Source of the DNA: Mytilus trossulus
Taxonomy: Eukaryota
Assembly: GCF_036588685.1 (NCBI RefSeq)
Contig: NC_086378.1
Location: forward strand, 65,968,001 to 66,032,000
Reading direction: 5' to 3'
DNA: 64,000 nt
Under the pieces are notes generated by a model. The model made no database searches. It was not told the DNA's origin and saw nothing but the letters and a program-made list of their open reading frames with translations. Both the position numbers and the translations under genes were made by a program. Below, piece by piece: positions 23,985 through 35,800 of the stretch. Position 1 is the first letter of the stretch, and each line of letters opens with the position of its first letter.

Positions 23985-25001
23985 TTATATTCCCAAACTT
24001 TTAGACACTGTCAGTTTTTCTTTTATATTTTCTCTTACATAGCCATCTTTGGCTTTATCTGAAGCCCATCTACCATGCTTCTTGAATAATCTATCCTGAA
24101 TGCCAGCTGATGCAGCTGCAGTAGCTCCACCTGATCTCAAGCTATGTAATCCAAATTTGGACTTATCTAAACCGATAGATTCAAGAGCTGATAATATAAT
24201 TTCTCTTACTCTAGTATATGATAAAGGTTTAAGACCTCTCAGTTTATAAGACTTAGATTTTTTACATAAATACATTGATCTAAATATATAATCTGAAGAT
24301 AAAGCGTCAATATTAGATAATAATAAATATTTCTCCAACATACTAACAGGACATGTTTGTGTATCTGTTCTAGCAATTAAAACCTGTGTGCCTTCTCTAT
24401 AATGATCAGTTTTGCTTTTCGTTATGAGCAAAGAGACATGTGAATCACTAAATTTTATATCAGATCTTTTTAAATTTACCATTTCAGAAAACCTTAAGAA
24501 CCCTGCATAGCTTATAAGACACATACAACAAATTCTAATTTCTATAAGATTGTTACATTCTTGACCATATTTAATAACAATTTTCTTTAAAATATCTGGT
24601 GTAATTGGTTCTTTTTTTATTTACAATAGCATGTCCGATCTTTCTATGAGCTCCTTCTTTAACCGATATACACAACTGTGAATAACACGGGTTTGGATAG
24701 CCTGCTAGTTTATGAGCCCAGCTTATGGAATAATATGCTTCTTCAACCTTAGCATACGAATTAAATGTCTTTGACAGGTGTATTAAGTACAATGAAACAT
24801 AAAAATCTGAAGCTGGTAAAGGTTTAACATTTAAATAGTTATTACACCACTTACAGAAATTGTTAAATGCATATGAATATTTTCTTTTGGTATTCTCGGC
24901 CTTCGAACGCAGACAGAACTCAGGTAGGCAATTAGATAAAGATGTCAAATCTTGGTCGACTGGCTTAGGCAAGGATTTCCATATTCCACATGAAAAAATA
25001 T
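23985..25001 (-). CDS. Tyrosine recombinase of the retrotransposon (interrupted by a 1-nt frameshift in an A7 run)
   Basis: N-terminal core-binding part (RSKAENTKRKY..F..WC) and catalytic part (GFLRFSE, SKTD, HSLRSGGAT, HGRW.S...Y). Deleting one base of 24612-24618 restores NKKEPITPDILKKIVIKYGQECNNLIEIRICCMCLISYAGFLR. Confidence 0.9.
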
Positions 25002-25213
25002 CTGAAAAACGTGCATATGAAATAGAAATATAATCTACTATACAACAAGCTTACAATATAATTAAATGACCTTGCCATATTTATTTTTCATACTGGCCAT
25101 GTCAATGAGACCTTGCCTATTAAATTTGGCCTTGTCATCAACAAACGACCTTGCCAATAAATTTGGCCTTGTCTTTACTATGCGACCTTGCTCAACAGCC
25201 TTGTCGTCAATTC

Positions 25214-27964
25214 TTACGTGAACTCAGCGTTCAATCTAATAGCTAAAACACTAGAAACGAATTCAGAAGATCCCAACAAGGACTTATTATTCATACCATG
25301 AATAAAAATGTTCTGATTTGGTTGAAATTCTAAAACATCAATTACATATGGTTGCAAATGCGAACCTCTTTTAAAAATCATTGTCCAAAATGACGAGGAA
25401 GGCCACTTTGGAACGATCAAAGTGCCTCTAGCTTTACATAAAATCAAATGTTTAATTGCTCTACAGACAACAGAAATTGGAGGAACAATCCAATTAACTT
25501 CATTGTTCCAATTTTGCGTGAACGCATCAACTGCTTCAACACCTGGATTCCAGAACTTAGAATTAAACCTGGGTAATTTTTTATTTAAATTACTCGCAAA
25601 TCTGTCCACAGTATGCGGACCCCACATATCATCTATAAATTTAAAAAATTCTATGCTTGTTCCCCAGTCTTCTATATCAATCATTTTTGAAATATAATCA
25701 GCTTTAGTATTTTCAGATCTTGGGATCCAAACAACTTCTAACGTAATATTCAATTCAGAACACAACTTAAAAATATTCATAGCTATCTCTTGTAAATGTA
25801 CTTTTGAACTTCCTTTCTGAACAATGAAAACACAGTTATTGTTATCTGTATGCCATTTAACACATTTATTTCTTAAACGGTTTTTAAAAGACATCAATGC
25901 TAACAAAATAGCTTGAAGTTCTCTCCAAGTAGAACTCTGTATAGACTCTTGTAAAGTCCACATCTGATGAAAAATATTAGAGTCAATATCTATCGAGTAA
26001 GCACCAGCAGCTACATTACTTGCATCAGAGTATACAACCACGTGGGGAAAAGAATAACCTGCTAAATGTTTTCTGTTCAATCTTAGAATGTTATTCAGCC
26101 AAAATGTGAGCTCATTGAATACACAATCGGGACATTCCAATTTTAAATTTAAATCCCACTTTACCCTGCTTTCAATAGCCCAGTGTAAATAACGGGTCAT
26201 TAAACTAGTTATGTTACCCATGACTGGACACATAGAAATTACCTTTCCAGTTACCTGAGCCAATTTACGTGCTGTGAAATAAGGAAAGTTATTCAAAACA
26301 TCAACCAATGATGCTAGTGTATTTTCAATCCGTCTATCTGATATACTAATTGAAAAATCAGACGAATTCCAAACTAAACCTAACCACTCTAAACATTGGA
26401 CTGGTTCAAAAATAGATTTTTCCCTGTTAATAAGAAACCCTGCTTCTAACAAAGACGTTTTTACAAAAGATGAACATTCGGAAGCTTCTTGTTTATTTTT
26501 ACCCATTCCAAGTCCATCATCTAAGTAAAGCACAATATCTACGCCGTTTTCTCGCCAGTATTTTACGATTGGACGTAAACATTTAGTGAATAGATATGGA
26601 GCAGACGAAAGACCAAAGGCTAAAACTGTAAAACAGTAAAATTTATTGTTCCAGCAAAGTCCTAAATATGTTTGTTGTTTAGTACATACGTCATAATGAA
26701 AATAACCAGACTTAAGATCAAACTTAAATAGATAGCAATCTTTTGTGAAATAGTTTAAAGCCACTTTCCAGTCTTCAAATTTAATTCTTTCTTTTTTAAT
26801 AAAAACATTCAGTTCACTCAAATCCAAAATCAGACGTTTTTTGCCCGAACTTTGAACTGCAACACTAAGCGGATTTACAACAAAAGGTTGAAATGGAGTT
26901 TCAATAACACATCCGATATCAAGTAATTCTGAAATTGCTTCATTTACAAATTTAGAATGGACATTAGCAGATTTGTTATTCTTAAATGACATAGATATAG
27001 GAGTCTGCAAAAAAGGAATAACATACCCATTTTTGATAGTATTTAAAACAAACTCATTAGCACCTATATGTTTCCAAAATTGTATATGCTTGCGTAAGCT
27101 ATATTTCACCCCTTTAGCAACAGATGAAATATCAATATTATCAAAATATTTTGCATGTGACATAAACAGTTCAAACTGTCCGTAAAGATTACGTTCATCT
27201 AAAAAAGTAGTATAAAAATACTTATCATTAATTCTGTTGCCTTGTTGTCCCTGAGACACCTGGTTTTGTACTGAATAAGAGGGGGCACTGAGTTCGCCAG
27301 TGACCAAGCTGGTTGCAGTTGTAACAGATGTCCTGAGATGACGGTTCCCTCCGTCTGCCGGTCCGAAAGGGCGGCTGTTGGTAGTTGTTTTGTCTAGCGT
27401 TATGTTGATTAGGCATAGGTGCAGAAGGAGCAGAAGCAGTAGCTGTAGCGGTTCTATAAGGATGAGGTCTTTTCTTTTCCTTGATACTCCTGATGGCACG
27501 GGTTTCTGCAGAACGAATGCGCTTCTCGTCTTCTGAGTCGGAGGCAAGGTCGTCGCTTTCATATTCACGGACGGTTTTCCATCCTGCAGGAGATTTGTCT
27601 GCAATGCGGATGAGTTTATTTCGCTTCTTAACCTTAAGGATAGCTCCAGATACCAATTTAAGACAAGCTGCATCTTCATCAGGAATACGCTTCTGGAGCT
27701 TAACGAGGTCGGCCATGATTTCACAATTAAAGATGAATTGTATCTGGTTGCCCTCACCTTTGAGTTTAACTGAAACTTCCTGCTTGAGTTTGGTAGCAAA
27801 ATTCTCGTTGCCAACTGCCAAATCTTTGTGTAGAGTAGCGATCTTCCCATCAAGATAGGTTTTAAACAGAGAGAAAGTATCCACCAAGTCGTTATTCCCA
27901 GTATTATGTGCAGAAATACCATCACGCAACGAATGTACACTAGTACCAGCTGGCAAAGATTCAT
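25214..27964 (-). CDS. pol: Pol: reverse transcriptase, RNase H and methyltransferase-like domain
   Basis: RT motifs FDLKSGY, FGLSSAP, YLDD; RNase H YSDAS, WRELQAI, HTDN, ADYISK; DIRS MT-like DRFAS..FNS..DAF...W..NWIVPP. Overlaps gag in another frame; the true start is uncertain. Confidence 0.95.
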   Translation of the reverse strand: MNLCQLVLVYIRCVMVFLHIILGITTWWILSLCLKPILMGRSLLYTKIWQLATRILLPNSSRKFQLNSKVRATRYNSSLIVKSWPTSLSSRSVFLMKMQLVLNWYLELSLRLRSEINSSALQTNLLQDGKPSVNMKATTLPPTQKTRSAFVLQKPVPSGVSRKRKDLILIEPLQLLLLLLLHLCLINITLDKTTTNSRPFGPADGGNRHLRTSVTTATSLVTGELSAPSYSVQNQVSQGQQGNRINDKYFYTTFLDERNLYGQFELFMSHAKYFDNIDISSVAKGVKYSLRKHIQFWKHIGANEFVLNTIKNGYVIPFLQTPISMSFKNNKSANVHSKFVNEAISELLDIGCVIETPFQPFVVNPLSVAVQSSGKKRLILDLSELNVFIKKERIKFEDWKVALNYFTKDCYLFKFDLKSGYFHYDVCTKQQTYLGLCWNNKFYCFTVLAFGLSSAPYLFTKCLRPIVKYWRENGVDIVLYLDDGLGMGKNKQEASECSSFVKTSLLEAGFLINREKSIFEPVQCLEWLGLVWNSSDFSISISDRRIENTLASLVDVLNNFPYFTARKLAQVTGKVISMCPVMGNITSLMTRYLHWAIESRVKWDLNLKLECPDCVFNELTFWLNNILRLNRKHLAGYSFPHVVVYSDASNVAAGAYSIDIDSNIFHQMWTLQESIQSSTWRELQAILLALMSFKNRLRNKCVKWHTDNNNCVFIVQKGSSKVHLQEIAMNIFKLCSELNITLEVVWIPRSENTKADYISKMIDIEDWGTSIEFFKFIDDMWGPHTVDRFASNLNKKLPRFNSKFWNPGVEAVDAFTQNWNNEVNWIVPPISVVCRAIKHLILCKARGTLIVPKWPSSSFWTMIFKRGSHLQPYVIDVLEFQPNQNIFIHGMNNKSLLGSSEFVSSVLAIRLNAEFT

Positions 27965-27998
27965 GGTCGGAATCTAGAAGTTTCTCGGAGTCAGACAT
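27228..27998 (-). CDS. gag: Gag-like ORF1 with CCHC zinc knuckle
   Basis: First ATG at 27998. RNKLIRIADKSPAGWKTVREYESDDLASDSEDEKRI segment and CYNCNQLGHWRTQC knuckle. Confidence 0.9.
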   Translation of the reverse strand: MSDSEKLLDSDHESLPAGTSVHSLRDGISAHNTGNNDLVDTFSLFKTYLDGKIATLHKDLAVGNENFATKLKQEVSVKLKGEGNQIQFIFNCEIMADLVKLQKRIPDEDAACLKLVSGAILKVKKRNKLIRIADKSPAGWKTVREYESDDLASDSEDEKRIRSAETRAIRSIKEKKRPHPYRTATATASAPSAPMPNQHNARQNNYQQPPFRTGRRREPSSQDICYNCNQLGHWRTQCPLLFSTKPGVSGTTRQQN

Positions 27999-28003
27999 AC
28001 CAC

Positions 28004-28271
28004 AATAACGAATGCTGCTACGTCGTACTATAGGCAAACTTCGAATAACTTAATTTTCTCAAGCTACCCCCTTAAGTAATACTTAATCATGCTTTTCACG
28101 AAAATCATGAGGGCATATAACCGTAAAACCGGCAGTACGGGTATATGCCATCCAATCAAATAGAACGTAAACACACACCATGTGCTTGATATAAACACAC
28201 ACACGTGTTTATAGTAAACAATCACTTGACCGTTACAACGTCATGTGACTTAATACCTTTAATAAATATAT
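28004..28271 (-). repeat. Split direct repeat A1 (5' terminus)
   Basis: 268 bp, 1 mismatch to 23530-23797. Confidence 0.93.
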
Positions 28272-29829
28272 CTATTCAATATATAAAAATGAATACTTTT
28301 ATCGATTTCATGTTTTAAGTACAACATGATTTAAATCTGAAAAAGGACATTTTACTTACAAGAGAGGAATAGTATAGAAAATACACTAGCTATTATCAGA
28401 TCATTTACTTTTCTTGGGTCTGTCTTCTGCATACATTTACCCTTCCAATTGTCTTGTCATTGTGCTGCAGAGTAGAAGTACGATGGCATGCATTTAGACT
28501 AAAGGGCACATCAGCATAGACATTATCGGGGTCGTTTCTGCATTTCATGTTACTTATTTGTAAACCGCGCCATTTGTTGCACTTAAGTGTTTTTGTTGTT
28601 TCATTTGTTTCCTCTTATAGTTGATGTGTTTCCCTCGGTTTTAGTTTGTAACCCGGATTTGTTTTTTTCTCAATCGATTTTCGAACAGCGATATACTATT
28701 GTTGCCTTTATTTGGATACAACACAATACGATACTTCGATACCCATCTTAATCAAACATATTCAAAGTGGTCAGTTTATTTATGATGACGTCTACAAAAA
28801 TTTTAAACTTAAGAGAAAAATTTACACTTTTACAAATAACATCACTTGGTTCACCAACTTCATATTTCGTAGTAGCCCTATATATATTTGATCCCATACT
28901 TCCAAGAATAAAATTATTATGAGGACGAACTCTCAAAATCTAATTTTTAATCACAGTATGAGAGATGTATAAGATAGCAATATCGATATATCAGTCATAT
29001 GTTTGTATTTTATCTTTATCAACAATAAGAAACATGTTCGAATAAAAAACGTGTTCACAGGATTTTTATATCTATTTTATTTTGCATTAAACATTAAAAT
29101 ACATGAAATTTGAAAGAAGCGTCAACGTAGTCGTCCATCGTAGGCCAATTACACATGTAAATAAACTCATCATAGATACCAGGACTAAATTTTTTATAGA
29201 CGCCAGACGCAAGACGTTGTCCAGCAGTCCTAATATGAAATGACTTTAGACAGATCACAACATTTAGAGTATTTTTGACCGGTTAGATTTTCTCTTTTTG
29301 AAACAGTTTTCAGGTATAGTGACAAAACTAGAAGGTTATCCTTATATAAAGGCAACAGTAGTATACCGCTGTTCAAGTTATGCTATCCATTTAGCCGTGT
29401 CGGTCGTATTAGTTGACGGATTATCGGCATTTTTTAAAAACTAGATACAACCAGAGTGTGGCCAGTTGTAGTCTCATATTGGCCAAGTAGTTGCAGGGGA
29501 GAAGGTCATTGTAACGGACGACAGATACGACGGATGATGGCGTAATAAGAATAGCTCATATTATCCTTAGCGTTATGTTGGCTAATAGAAAGGAGGAGAA
29601 AAAAAGACATCTGCTCATGAAATAATATATATGAAAAAACATAATCTTTCTTGTATTCATGTCGAAAGACGATTGTCAGAAAAAAAGTGACCGCTGAGTT
29701 AATTAATGCTTATCAACGTAGAGTGATTAATGAACAAACGACGAACTTAATTCTATTTTAAGATTTTTGTACTTTAAGGAAACAGAAACCTGATAAGCCT
29801 GATTTTGAGTAATCCGTTTTTTTAGTAAA

Positions 29830-32800
29830 AAAGTTTACTGTGATTTGAAGATGCTGTTACAGATGAAAACGTAAAAACGAAAACAATCTAAGTTTCAAGT
29901 CCAATGTTGGCCCAATCGTTGGATATTTTCCCGATAAACTGGCCAAAGAGGGACAATTCTTATCACATCAAAACCAGTTTATTGGAAAGACGCATTGATT
30001 CATTTCTTGTCAGTATTTATTGACACACAAAAAAGATCTGGAAGATCAAAATAAGCAGACCTGTAACCTTTCCTATAAATTATAGATATAATGTGTAAGT
30101 CATGCATTCTTAACTTTTCGATTAAAACTTGAAAATTGAGGCTTGCATTTATTCTCTATCAAGGTTTCGTTGAAAGAGATTTGTAATGCGTACACTAAAT
30201 ATTTGTAAGAGGTTTATAAATGATTAAATTAAACTCATTTCTTCAAATTTTGTACGGAACCCTGTTGATTGTTGTGGAAATTCTGTTTCACCAAGGATTT
30301 GCACCATTTCTCGGTACCACAAAACCGACTTATTTCCTGGATTGAAACATTATGAGGGGCTCAACATATGCGGCGATGGAACTGCCTACGTTGTCGTAAC
30401 ATCTAAGTGATTGGTTGAATTCGTTTAGTATAATCTTTTTTGTGAAACGCTTTGATTTATGTGTTTGTTTGTTCGTCGTGTTTATATTTAGTATAGTGTC
30501 GTCAGTTTTCGTTGAACGTAAGATTTTCGAATTGTTTGTATCTTCTCTCTTTCTATAAACGCTGTGCCAATACTATCTGTCAATACTATCGCCAGACCAA
30601 ATCATGTATTTCAATAATCCCACAAAAACAATATTAGTACCTTAAATAAATCAATCAAAAAGATATACTGGTAGACACTAAAATATAAAAAAATGTGATA
30701 AGACAACAGCCAATAACATTATATTAAAAACACACAAAGAGAAAAATAGTCCCCAAACGAGATATATTTCGAGAATAAACACAGAAAAAGACACTGTTAT
30801 TACAGAAACGTGTGTTCAAAGTAAAGGTTATTTTGATCATGTGGGAATGCTGTTTTTTCTGGTTTTTTGGGACTTTCACTCTGGCGGAAAGTTCTTGCAG
30901 CTGTTAATATTTATTTTTAAAACTCAGTCAATAGTTCTCAGTGCTTATTACTGTAAACCACAACTAATTAGGTTATGTTTTACCAATTATATTACAGTTT
31001 GTGTATGCCTCATGACAGTATTTATTAACTTTTAACGGAAATGTTAATTACATTTACCTGTTTAGTAAAATGAAACAATTAGATTAAACAAGACAGGCCC
31101 CAGTGTGATCTTATGAAGTTCTGTTATTAGTTTATGGTACCATAAGTGAACAACTTTATTATTCGTGGCCTCAAAAGTTTTAATACTTATTTCAACTTCT
31201 GTCATTATATGGTTCAAATGTATATACAGCTGTTCTTCGACAATACTGTTAAAGATTTAAGTTTATAATTAAAATATACGTATCCACAAAAAATAAAATG
31301 ATAATATCAAAGCAAGAAGATTCATACAGACACTTTCTAAATATATGACATTTGTAAAGAAGTCGTGATTCAATATGGAAAACTCTAAATAACTGGAACC
31401 TATATTACATGTTGTAATATGGTACATTTTTTTTAGGATGGTTATTTCTATTTCATGTAGGTATGTATAATGTAGTTTATGATTTGTCTGTTTATTTTGA
31501 GTATCGAAGTTAAGGGAAGACCATTTGATTTTGGTTGGAAAGAGGGGGACAATGCATGAACAAGAGGATATCATGGCCTGTTCAGAAGTAACACAATATG
31601 CTCTTTCCTTGACAGTATATATTTGAATATTCGGAATCTATTGTGTATCGTCATGACAATAGGTGAAAAAGCACATATCGCCCGCTAGAAAATATAATGT
31701 CCTCCTGTACATACGAAAAGAAAAAAATGTCATCGCCCTAGTCTGTTTACGGTGAAGTATAGTGATGATATAAGATCAGCAATAAAAAGAAAACGATATT
31801 TTAAAAGGGAACAACTGCTGAACAATAGTTTTCCGTCTTATTTCGAATACTAGTACTTATGATAATACACAAATTTTAGTTATTCTAGTTAGATGACAAA
31901 CTCTTTTATATTGATTTCGAGTCTAAACTCTTAGATTGACACTTCAAAAAGTTTGACTACAAAGTTTAAACTGTTCTTTGAGAGTCAGTGCAATCGATTT
32001 TGATTTTGTAGTAATTCGGTGTTCAAGTAGGATTTCCATAGGGTTCAAGTGATCGTTCATCGTCAATTGCAGGACATGACGACCTTTTACTTTTGTTTCC
32101 TTTCTCGTTGCATTTTATTTTACTGCTCCTTTCGTCCATAGCACAGTAATCATTATAGTTAAATAAACATAATTTTGCGGGTTTGTACAGATTTGGTAGA
32201 TACATGTGCATCTGTTTTAATATGAGGTAGAGGGTATATATTGTTATAGTGCTGTCTCATTGATTAAGTTTAGCTTTCTTGAATTTGAAAAATAATTTTA
32301 CGCCGAATAAGTAACTAATAAAAGAAACATCTTTCGCATCTAGTTTGGCATTTATAGACACCAAAGAGGGTTTACTGTAATTGATAGAAAGGGATAGGAA
32401 AAAAAACCAACTGAATTTGAAGACCATTTTCAATATTTATATAAAAAAAAAAAACGAACAGAGAAGTTGAGTGACAATTGAATAATTTACCGACTTGAGT
32501 TATAGTTTACATAAATATATACTGTGTTGATATTGATCCCCTTTGCATGTTATTAAAGTTAGTTAACACACGTATTTGTATTATTTCAGGTAGTAAATGT
32601 GTAGAGGCAGCCTTTTCAAATGCTCAACACGATGTTGATTACGTGTTAGTTGTTTGAGCAAATACCAAATGAGAAAACCATATAAAAATTAGCGGTTTTG
32701 TCATTTTTTTTACGAGTAAAAGTAACTAGACTTCAAAATGTAGTCTATAAGTCACCAAATCGGACCTTCAATTTGACATCTTTTTATTTGAATAAATAAA

Positions 32801-35800
32801 GAAATAAATAAATGCTATATCAATTTTCTATTCAAATTGTTCAGTACACTCGTATATCAAATTAACCACATTACCAATGTGTTTAAATGCACCATTAGGC
32901 AATGTGAAATGAAAGGATAACATGCTTTTATTTTGTTAGTGAGGTCGATTTAACTATAATCACAATCTCCAAAAAAACTTGTTGTTTAAAAAATCGTTTC
33001 AAGATATCGAATTACAAATTGGTTGATTGTGTTTGATGATCAGCGGCAAATATTTCACCCACGTAAAGATCAAGTAAACAATAAATGTAATAAAAGGTAG
33101 GACCTATAAAGTGGATTTATACTACTAAAAAAGATGTGTTTGATGAGGAAAATAATGATGAAAGGTATATATCAACGAAATGACCTTAGAGAACAAAATA
33201 ACTTCATCAGAGAGTTAAAAACTCAAAAACAAGCTCCCAACACTCTCAATGAAAAAAAAGTATAGTTTGTTTGTGTCCGAGACTTAAGAATGCCCTAGCT
33301 ACCATTAAAAAGAGACAAAAAACTGACTTAAAGATTTTCATATAAAACTCAGATTTTGTATTTCCGAAATTTAATATAGACTTTTATCAGATATTTCAGT
33401 AATTTAAGTTAATCTTCTTTAAATCTGAACTCGAAATTTAACCATAACACCTATTTGTTTTGTTGACTTGTCGCTATTTCTCAACTGTCAACACCATGGT
33501 CAAATTCATGTTCTGTTTTTAGTGGATAGACTGTTTTTGTTATTTCTCCTATTGTCTCCTATACATTGAACTCAAATGTTAGGTTTGGTAGTATTATGTC
33601 TCTTACTTAATTGTCTACTCATGATTTGTAATTTTGAAGACGATGTCCGAAGACATCAGAAAATATCATTCGAATGACATAACCAGGTGAAAAGTATGGT
33701 ATCATTTTGGCCATATGGGATGAGAATCGAGATGTTTGAGATATTTGAAATACAAATAACAGACAGCGAGTACACGATTATAGTTCATATTAGCTTTTTG
33801 GGCAAAACGACTTCTTGGTAATCTGCTATAAAGTAGAATAGAATGAATTAAAACAAAAAATAGAATAGCTTTTGTTTTTAGATTTGTATAAGTTTGAACT
33901 ATACAGACTCGGAAAATACATTCAACAATCAATAATTATATTCTGGCGTTATGCCTGCAAGAAACGTCACGACCATTTTCTGTTTATTACCTGGTAACTT
34001 AAAGGGTCATTGTATTCCATAACATAAATTATGTTAATTTTCAAATTTGTCAATTTGTCAAACGGGGTTATATTAGATATACATTCATGTCAAAAGAAGG
34101 TAAAAAAAAAGTACTAATGACAAACACTAAATACAACTAATTAAATACTATAGATACTATCTTAGCTATACAGTTAAGATTTAGACTGTTAATTACCTTG
34201 CTCTGCATTGTTACATATGTTTTATGCTCAATAAGAAATAACTGTGATTATATTGTTATTCATTTCACTATGAGTTCTATGCTTTATGATTATTCTTTTT
34301 TCAGAATTTAATTGGTAATTTTGTTTATAGTGATTATGATTTTAACACAATGATAACTGTTGTATACTTAATTTAGACAGTTTAATCTGTCATGTCTGTT
34401 TGTTTTATTCACACATTGTTGCCAATATAATGGAATCTTATACGACTGTCATACTAGTGAGAGGTTTAGCTATAGCTATTAAACCAGGTCTTATCCCTCA
34501 TTTTCTAAACCAGAAAATATCTGTATAAAATAAGGAATATGTCAGTGGTTATCCATTCGTGTGATGTGTTTGAGCTTTAATTTGCCTTTGATTAGGGACT
34601 TTTTGATTTGATTGTACTCGGTATTTTTGTTATTTTACTTATTTTGTTATACATGCAACAGGCTACATGTAACAAGTATTTGTATGGTAAATCCTCGCAT
34701 GTATTAGGCAAATAAAAACACTTTTTGTATAATATCAAATAACTGTATCTTTTGTGGTACTGTACACATCTGAAGTATATCACGTAGTATATAGTTCTTA
34801 ACTAAATAAATAAACCATAACGAATAACAGATGCAAAATTGAGAATAGTACAAAATTTTTATTTAGGTCCAACTCGAATTCAGTTGCTCAATTTGATTAA
34901 TATTGATATGTCGACGAGCATATATTCGAGCATATACATTGAGCTGAAATGAAATTGGTATTGGTTGACATCTAAATTTTTTTTTTAAAAGGACGTCTTT
35001 CCAATGATGTTTTATTTCTTTATTACAATAATGTTTAAAGTGTATTCAAAAGCAAATTATTGTTACAAAATGAATATAGTAAATAGCTTACCCAAACGTT
35101 TTGTTCTATGTCAAAAGAGCGACATATCGTATGTTATTCGTGTTATATTCTGTAGATATTGAAATAAATGGTAAATTTTAAGATTTAATTTATTTTTCCC
35201 TCTTATATCCCTCACTATATATTATTAAACTTTTTGTTTTTGCTGATAAAATTTTACCAATACTCTAAGAAAAGTTAAAAAAACATCTTTTACAGAAAAA
35301 CTGAACAGAAGTATTTCTGAAACTGAATTCAGTAATGCGCATTTGGTGCTACTTTATTTTCAATCTATAAGTGTGTCTGTCCCTCTGGTATCTTCCACCT
35401 CTCCTTTACACGACAACCTTCCTTTTTAGAGTGATTTAACTATTTTTTATTACTTTTACTGTTGTGTTCGATCGGCATTTAAAATTGTGCATACAAGAAT
35501 TAATTAAGTGGTAAGCATTTTTTTAAATTGTTATTAAAAGGCATTCTTCAATATCAATGTTTTTCAAGTGGGATTTTTTTTCAGGGTTATAATTATTATT
35601 GCCTTGAGCTCCATAGCAGGTGGAATGGTTCTTGTGGTGATTGTTATTTTAATTGTACGATGTGTATGTTTGAAGTGTAAAGAGACACCTGTCCGAAATA
35701 TACGAGCACGTGGTCCGCCATCATGTATGTATTTTTAGAATAACCGCAAAAATATATTTAGCTACTTTTATTTATCAAAATGATTGCATTCATATAATTC

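Larger units (their letters stand above)
23204..28271 (-). mobile_element. Tyrosine-recombinase (DIRS-order) retrotransposon with split direct repeats; PAT-like by the combination of SDR and MT domain
   Basis: Minus-strand order: A1 (28271-28004), gag, pol (RT-RH-MT), YR, B1 (23894-23798), A2 (23797-23530), spacer, B2 (23300-23204). The A copies differ at 1 of 268 nt and the B copies at 1 of 97 nt. No TSD seen. Absent from the paralog near 37665-37685. Confidence 0.95.
9530..28520 (+). repeat. Segmental duplication unit A (paralogous to ~29830-37900), expanded by insertions
   Basis: Colinear homology, e.g. 9925 vs 29915, 12730 vs 30220, 13420-13540 vs 30890-31020, all four exons, and 28370-28520 vs 37750-37900. 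Confidence 0.85.

Noticed and set aside
23985-24524. Phage integrase or bacterial contamination
   Set aside because: The recombinase belongs to a gag/RT-containing eukaryotic retrotransposon embedded in intron-containing host DNA.
25068-25206. CRISPR-like array
   Set aside because: The repeats are only 9 nt, alternate and pair with each other; spacers are short; no cas genes; eukaryotic context.
25422-27858. Plus-strand ORFs within the retrotransposon
   Set aside because: Antisense shadows of gag/pol.
23204-28271. LTR retrotransposon or DIRS1-type ITR/ICR element
   Set aside because: No DDE integrase, protease or TG..CA LTRs. The repeats are split direct repeats, not inverted.
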